Source: Raja brachyura (taxonomy: Eukaryota). Taken from it: a DNA stretch of 64,000 nt. The notes under the pieces were generated by a model, which worked only from the letters and a program-made list of their open reading frames with translations, was not told where the DNA came from and ran no database searches. Each line of letters opens with the position of its first letter. The first letter of the stretch is position 1. The stretch is from assembly GCA_963514005.1 (NCBI GenBank), contig OY740790.1, forward strand, positions 48,918,001 to 48,982,000. Reading direction: 5' to 3'. This document shows positions 57,700-64,000 of this stretch, piece after piece. The position numbers were made by a program, and so were the translations under genes.

Positions 57700-59604
57700 T
57701 TGTAATAGATAATGTTGTCCATCATTTGAGAAAAAGAGAAAAACATTAGAGAACACCAAGAATAGTTCAATAACTGGCCATGTGGTGAAGCATGGGAGGA
57801 AATTTGATTCAGGGAAAAATAACATTCACAGACTAATCTAGTCATCACCCCAGTTGACGAAGAGTTATACATGGTGCTTCTACATGCCTGTTAAAAAGAC
57901 GTGTACAGTGAAAACTCACACAGAGCTATAAAAACAGTTATTGAAGATGAGAACAGATTAAGACAGAGAGAGGGTGATGCTGCTGCTGATTGATTGGGCC
58001 ATGGTTTAAGAAAGTAGAACACGTAGTCACCATTGTGATGGGGGCAGATGTGTGCTGGATCTCTCTGCCCACGGCAGAGGGATGAGTTTGTGGCAAGGAC
58101 ACTTGAAGATGTCAAAATGGCAAACAACATCAGAGAAGTCATGAGAAGACTGCACAATAAGGATGAATAAAAATAAGAGATAGTTGGATCTGCAAATAGG
58201 AATGGAATAGTTATAATAAAGATTTTTGAGATAAATTAATGGGATAGTAACATCACCCATGTTTCAATTACAGCACAGAACTCACCTTGGTTTTTAAACA
58301 AATTTCTCTTTTTTATTTTTGCTTACTAGATCAATTTTCCTTATCTATTAATATTATTATATCAATTTTAGATTTGTATAAGGTATTGCATTGTCCATGT
58401 TTTGTACTGTTAAAGTTGTTTTTTTTATTGCAGTGCCACAGACACTAAAATCATCCTTTTTATATTCTCAGAGCAGAATATATCCCAAAATTACTAGCTA
58501 GCATTACATTTAATGATTTGATGCTGAATAATCTCTTTATGGTTTTTCTTGGGATGCATTGTAATATTGCAAACAATCTATATCTGAACTTTGAAATTCC
58601 TGGTGAAATTTAAAGAAACTTTAAGACATTACTTTGAGGTGCCAGCTTGTCTTCTGCTTTTCTCCATGCTGTCTGACTTGCTCAGCAGCAATTGCATTGA
58701 CCATTTCCATTATCCAAAGCTGGTGTAATTCATCGTACAATGCTTCCTCGATACACCAGAACAATTCTATTGCAGGGGAGGAAAGAGGTAGAAGAGAAAA
58801 AATGAGAGAATGGTTAAATATACTGTTGGCAACTGGAAATTGTTTGATTCCTGTGGAATAATCATCAATCATTTGACAGAGAATTAATGAGGAATAGTTT
58901 ACCTTGCTCTAACAGTCTATCAGAATTTAAAATATCAACAATACTTATGGAATTAAATATTGCCTTTTCCAGCAAATTTTTGGATTATAGTTAGTGCTTA
59001 AGGGGTTCAGGATTAGATATTTTTAGCGCATGGTGACAAATGCGCTGCTAGGATATTTGCAGGTTTGATTAAATGTTCAGAAAAAATTTACAACCTGTAC
59101 AGTGTGAAAGAGTGAAATCAATGCAGTCAGGGTGATGTCCAAGAGCCTCCTTTCCTCCATTCCGGCTGCTTACCTCATGGTAGCAAACAAAAGAGGATTT
59201 GATTCTCCTAATCTTGGTTTATTCATGGCACAAGCTTGGCAAAGATCACGGTGGACTAATCAATGATTATATATCATAGCAGGCTTGATTGGTTTGTGGT
59301 TACCTGTACAAAAAGGTGAACAATAAATTCAGCTGCCATGTGTGAACATATGGTCTTCCGCTTTCTAGATCATCCAGACAGAAAAGTAATGTATCACATT
59401 GCCATTAACTAACCACTGAAATTGACAGTAATTAAGAATAATTATGAGACTAGCACAGATCTCATGATAGATGTTTTCACAAATTATAGAGATGATTTGA
59501 CATCTTAAGATACCTTGAGACACATCTTGTACTTTGTAGCCAATGTTCCTCTTGTTGTCCTTGTCTCTTCCTTGACATCCGCTTCTAAAGGTATTGTTGT
59601 CCTG

Positions 59605-60137
59605 CAGTCATGTACTTTATGTTGCATCATGGCCTGGCTCGGTAATTTGAATGCTCAGGAAAGAAAGAGGCTATAGAAAGTGGTGGACATTGGCCTGTCC
59701 ATCACGGCTACTGACCTTCCCACCATCTAAGGATCTATAGGATGGGCTGCCTCAAGGCTGCAGCTAATATCATCAAATATCCACTATCCTGACTCTCTTC
59801 TCTGCTACCATCGGAAACAAGGTACAGGAACCTAAGAACCATTACCTGCAGGTTCCTGAACACCTTCTCCCTGTCAACCATTAAGTTCTTGAACCACCCT
59901 GCACAATCCTAACCACAACCCAATTTAAACACCGAACCACTTTGGATTTTGCAGTCTATAGTTGCTCCATGTCCTTTAGATTTTTGCACAATCATAGTCT
60001 AATTTACAAAGAATAACTGATAATTTATTGTATATTTATTTATTTAGTTATTGTTGTTGCATCTAATATGCCTATAAAGCTGCAAGTAAGACTTTCATTG
60101 ATCAGTTCATCCTCTACATATGAGAAATAAACACTCC
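59605..60137 (+). mobile_element. Rex1/Babar LINE 3' fragment
   Basis: CIMAWLGNLNAQERKRL*KVVD..SIT.TDLPTI..LLPSETRYRNLRTITCRFLNTF. Tail AAATAAAC at ~60125. Confidence 0.78.
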
Positions 60138-60744
60138 AATCTCCTCTTTCTTGATCTCTTAATTGCAAAGATGAGCTATTTTCATTTACCATGTGTATAG
60201 CGTATCAGTAGATCTTTATTAGGGTTGTTCTCTCCTCCCTAAGCATGGAATAGTAGCCTCATCCCAGTACACCTGGTGCCAGGATAGTTGAGCAGCTCAT
60301 CGCGATGCAAAACCCAGAACGTTATGTGACTTTATTAATCAAGGATGATGAACAATGTGGCAGTTATCATGCTATCAACCCCTCCTCCACCTCCCCAATT
60401 AACCCAGTGCAGTTTCTTCTATGCGAGATTCTTTGTAAGGATAATTACACCCTCTAAATCACATTGAGCTTAGTACAGTTATCTTCCTTTGCAGTCAGTC
60501 AATAAAGTGGCACCTGGTATTTGATAAATGAGCTACATTTCCGCCCAGAAGATAAGTAAATAGCAAACATATCTATTCAGATAATGATTCATTCATTCCT
60601 GGTGTCCATACTACAATCTGGCCAGTTGATAAAACAGGAAACTTGAATGGGAAGATTCCTGGAAGTGATGTGGTATGACTGACATTTCAGAAATTCTCAT
60701 TTGGACTGGGACGAGGGTGAGGGGTACAAATTTGGATTATACTA

Positions 60745-61260
60745 GATTAGTTTATTGTCATATACACTAGGGTTCAATGGAATTCCTTATTCACATGAAG
60801 CTCATAATAAATATTATACATGTAATGACAAATATAACAATAAATACAATGACAAAACAGGAGTGGTGAAGAACATTGCATTGCTTTTTGGTTTATTATT
60901 AATTTCACATGTACCGAAATACAAAGTTTGCAGTGCAATCTGAAGTTGTGCAAAGAAAACTACCGTAAATTGGAATAATGGAATGAGTTAGAGCGAGGAG
61001 AAAAAGTAATTGGCAGTATCTCTAGGAAGTGGGGGTGAAAGGGGTGGATGTTTTAAGGTGTATAATAGCAATGGGGAAGAGGCTTGTTCCGAAGACTGAA
61101 TATCTGTCTTCCAAGCTCCTATATCTCCTTGCAGAAAGTGGAAAAGGGAAGAGAAAAATCGCTTAGGAATCCCTGGTATGATATATCTTTTAAACTAATG
61201 GAGCTCGTTGAAAAGGTTGTACACTGTGTCTGAATGTGGAAGTGAGATCTTGGCCACTGA
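60745..61260 (-). mobile_element. Old Rex1/Babar-like 3' remnant
   Basis: TTTATTGTCATATACAC tail and GGGAAGAGGCTTGTTCCGAAG..CAAGCTCCTATATCTCCTTGCAGA, the reverse complement of the LPSGRRYRS..RNSF region. Confidence 0.5.
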
Positions 61261-64000
61261 TTGGCCATGTCAGTGGATCAGGATTTAGGCAGGTCTTGGT
61301 TTTATAAAAAAGATTGCTCGGCCAAATAAATCAAGCAGCTAGCAGCAGAGAGAAAGGAAGACAGATACAAATAAGGAAAGAAGCTTTGCCCAGGCAAGGG
61401 AAAGTGATGTGGCTCTTCTGCCAATTTTTATTCGAGAGATAACGATAAACTCATTGTGTCTCTTTTAGCCCAAGCCTGCTACATCTGCCAAATGGTAAAG
61501 GTTTTCTCTTACTGAAGAGGATTGGATATATTTGCTTATCATTTGGATAGATCAAATGCAGACCTATTAAATATATTATAATTCTTAAAACTTCTTCAAA
61601 AACTTTAATATTGTAGATATTTATATCCCAATTATTTGCTGGGTGGTTATAGCTTCAATCCAATGTTGGAACTGTGGAGGTTGTGCTCCTGTTTCTGAAA
61701 TGCCTCACTCAAAACCCAACACCTGGAAAGATATCCTGTTCTAATGAGATCTAAGAAAGTATTTATAGAATGAATACTGAATCCAGGGTTTAAATTAAGG
61801 TGAACATATGTCTAGATTGCTGAAGAAATAATTGTTGACTTTTGTCACTTTTTAACAAAATTATTTTGAATCATTTTAAAGACATTTAATTTTACCTCAT
61901 CCCCATCACCTCTCCTCCCCACAGCACACCACACTCCATTGACTATCGTGGCAGACAACCACATCCCAGACCTGACATTGCTATTCTTGGCACAAGACTT
62001 TCTGTTGACTCACTTGCTGATTTTTTTCCCTCTTTCCCCCTTATGGGAAGCATCTGGCTTCTGCTCAATGCCTTTACTTGGATGCAATGGCCAGGATCAG
62101 GAACTTGCCATGTGGAAAATCTCAGAAATGAATCTGTATCCCTGTTTATCATATTGAACAGTTCTCCAGCTGCTCTCTTCTCATATATTTATGATCATGT
62201 TCCTATTAATCACTCAACTGACCCAAATTGTGATCAGTACAATTTGAAAGCTGCCTTAACCCAAAATCTGTCTCTGGAAGGACAAAGATTTTTGTTTAAT
62301 TTTATTTGCGTATCCTGGTGATTAGAAGAAATCTTTTGTCAATAAACTGCAGTGTTCAGCCAAACTGCAGTGAACGTAAGTGCCTGCCATGTGTTCAGTA
62401 GGTGTCAGGATGCTTAGCTTGTTAATTGCTGACCTATTAATAAATGAGGCTTTAATACAGTACAGCTAGAGGCAGGGGATGAGGCCAAGGGTGGAGGCAG
62501 CTGTTTACATGACATCTGTTTGTGCTGGTGCATGGCTGTAACAGGATTTCCCTGCTGGAAGCGTGTGTGCTTTTTTTGGGAGACAGTCACAGCAATCTGT
62601 ATTGTTTGTGCAAGGTCTGGGGACAAAAATAGAACCCAAAGTAATTTCTGGCTGAGATCTGTTTTCATTTCCCTCCAATCTTTTCTTTCAAGATTAGAGG
62701 AAATGATTTCTGACTGTAAATATTGTCAGTTATTTTTATCACAGAAAATTTATCATTATTGTCTGCAAACTCTTTGCTGGTGTCTTATGTTATCAGTAAT
62801 GGGAGAATATGGGATAGAATTGCCATAATGCTTTATTTCCCTTCCCTTCTCCTTTTAACTAAAAATCTGCGTACTACAACATTCCTTCTCAATTTTAGCA
62901 ATTGTATCAATAATTGAGAAATCCTGCAGACATTGATATTTGCTGGATAAAGAAAGATAGATTTCAAAATTGGGGAACTATTAGAGTAAACTTTTGAAAT
63001 CTTATTGGCTAAACATCATAGAACAGATGCATTACATTGTGACAGCCAACATAGATACAGACCTCTTTGTTGTTTGGCATTTTATTTCTTCTACCGTGAT
63101 GTTACGACACATAAGAAGCTTTTCGATTCCTTTATGTCATACAATCCTGTGTGTGCTGGGAAGAAACCTGCCTCTTGATATTGATGCCATTCTTTTGCTT
63201 ATTCTGCCGACTTTGACTTATTTTGCTTCCTGCACCACCACACAGAAGCCTGTCAGATCTACATGCCTCTCTCAGTTAGAAGAATGGGATAACCAGGTTG
63301 CAACATGGAGATGCTAGTTAAAATCAGCAAACATAATTCAATCACTTGTTCTGCTGAGCTGATGCGAATTGCTTTGAAATTGCGTAATTTGGAATTTGGA
63401 ACAAGGCATTAGAACATGTTCTTGCAGCTGGACGAAAAGGCATTTTGAGAATTTGTTTTGCCAATTGATCAGGGCTTCTCTCATTCCAAATGCTGAACTG
63501 ACTTTATGAGTTCTGGCAATTGTAGTATCTTACCACTTCAATGACCTTGATAAACCCTATGCTTCAGAAATACCAGCCGCAATACGCAGTGGCAAAATCG
63601 AGTTCCATAACATATTTTCTTTGGGTGCCACATGGGACACTTCTACTTGGGTGTGTGATGCACATAGGAATTTTTGTGGTGTTTGTCACTCCAGCTGCTG
63701 TATTGGTAATGATTTAACATGTGCACAGATAACACCTGCCGAAAGTGCTCAAAGTAAGTAGATCATGATGTCAATTATAATGCTACGCTGATTTGATGTT
63801 AGTGCTGCCAAATTGAAGCTAAATGTTCCAACTTATGGGCTTTCTTAACCTGGTACAGTTGTAAATATATTCAGGACCAGGAAGAAAGGTTTAAAGGGAT
63901 CATAAACTACCAGTTACTGATTGATTTTCACTGGGTATTGCCACAATTCTATAATTGATAGTTCTTATTGAAGTCACTAAATTCTATATGGAGTCGTGCA

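Overview
AT-rich, repeat-dense vertebrate non-coding DNA. The repeats (CR1/HER1-type LINE ends, HE1-type V-SINEs, SacSINE1-type DeuSINEs, Rex1/Babar and Penelope fragments) point to an elasmobranch, probably a skate or ray; this is an inference. I recognised no host protein-coding gene. The main feature is an apparently intact 5,362-bp DIRS1-type tyrosine-recombinase (YR) retrotransposon on the minus strand (3898-9259). It has gag, RT/RNase H/methyltransferase-like and YR ORFs, 36-bp inverted terminal repeats (ITRs), a 113-bp internal complementary region (ICR) and a 6-bp AATAGT crossover core at both ends. The sequence suggests a possible expression scheme for this element. An HIV-type T_TTT_TTA slippery site is in the correct phase for a -1 Gag-Pol frameshift. 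A phase-0 GT-AG intron (7281-5366) removes the whole RT/RNase H/MT region and joins the ORF2 leader in frame to the ATG-less YR ORF. There is also a splice donor in the 5' leader. More than ten dispersed Penelope-derived short insertions carry a minimal hammerhead-ribozyme core, traceable to a decayed GIY-YIG Penelope copy at 56252-57322. A 993-bp non-autonomous DNA transposon has a 7-bp target-site duplication (TSD), and several repeat-free blocks look like conserved enhancers. All calls were read by eye; repeat boundaries other than the TSD-defined ones are approximate.
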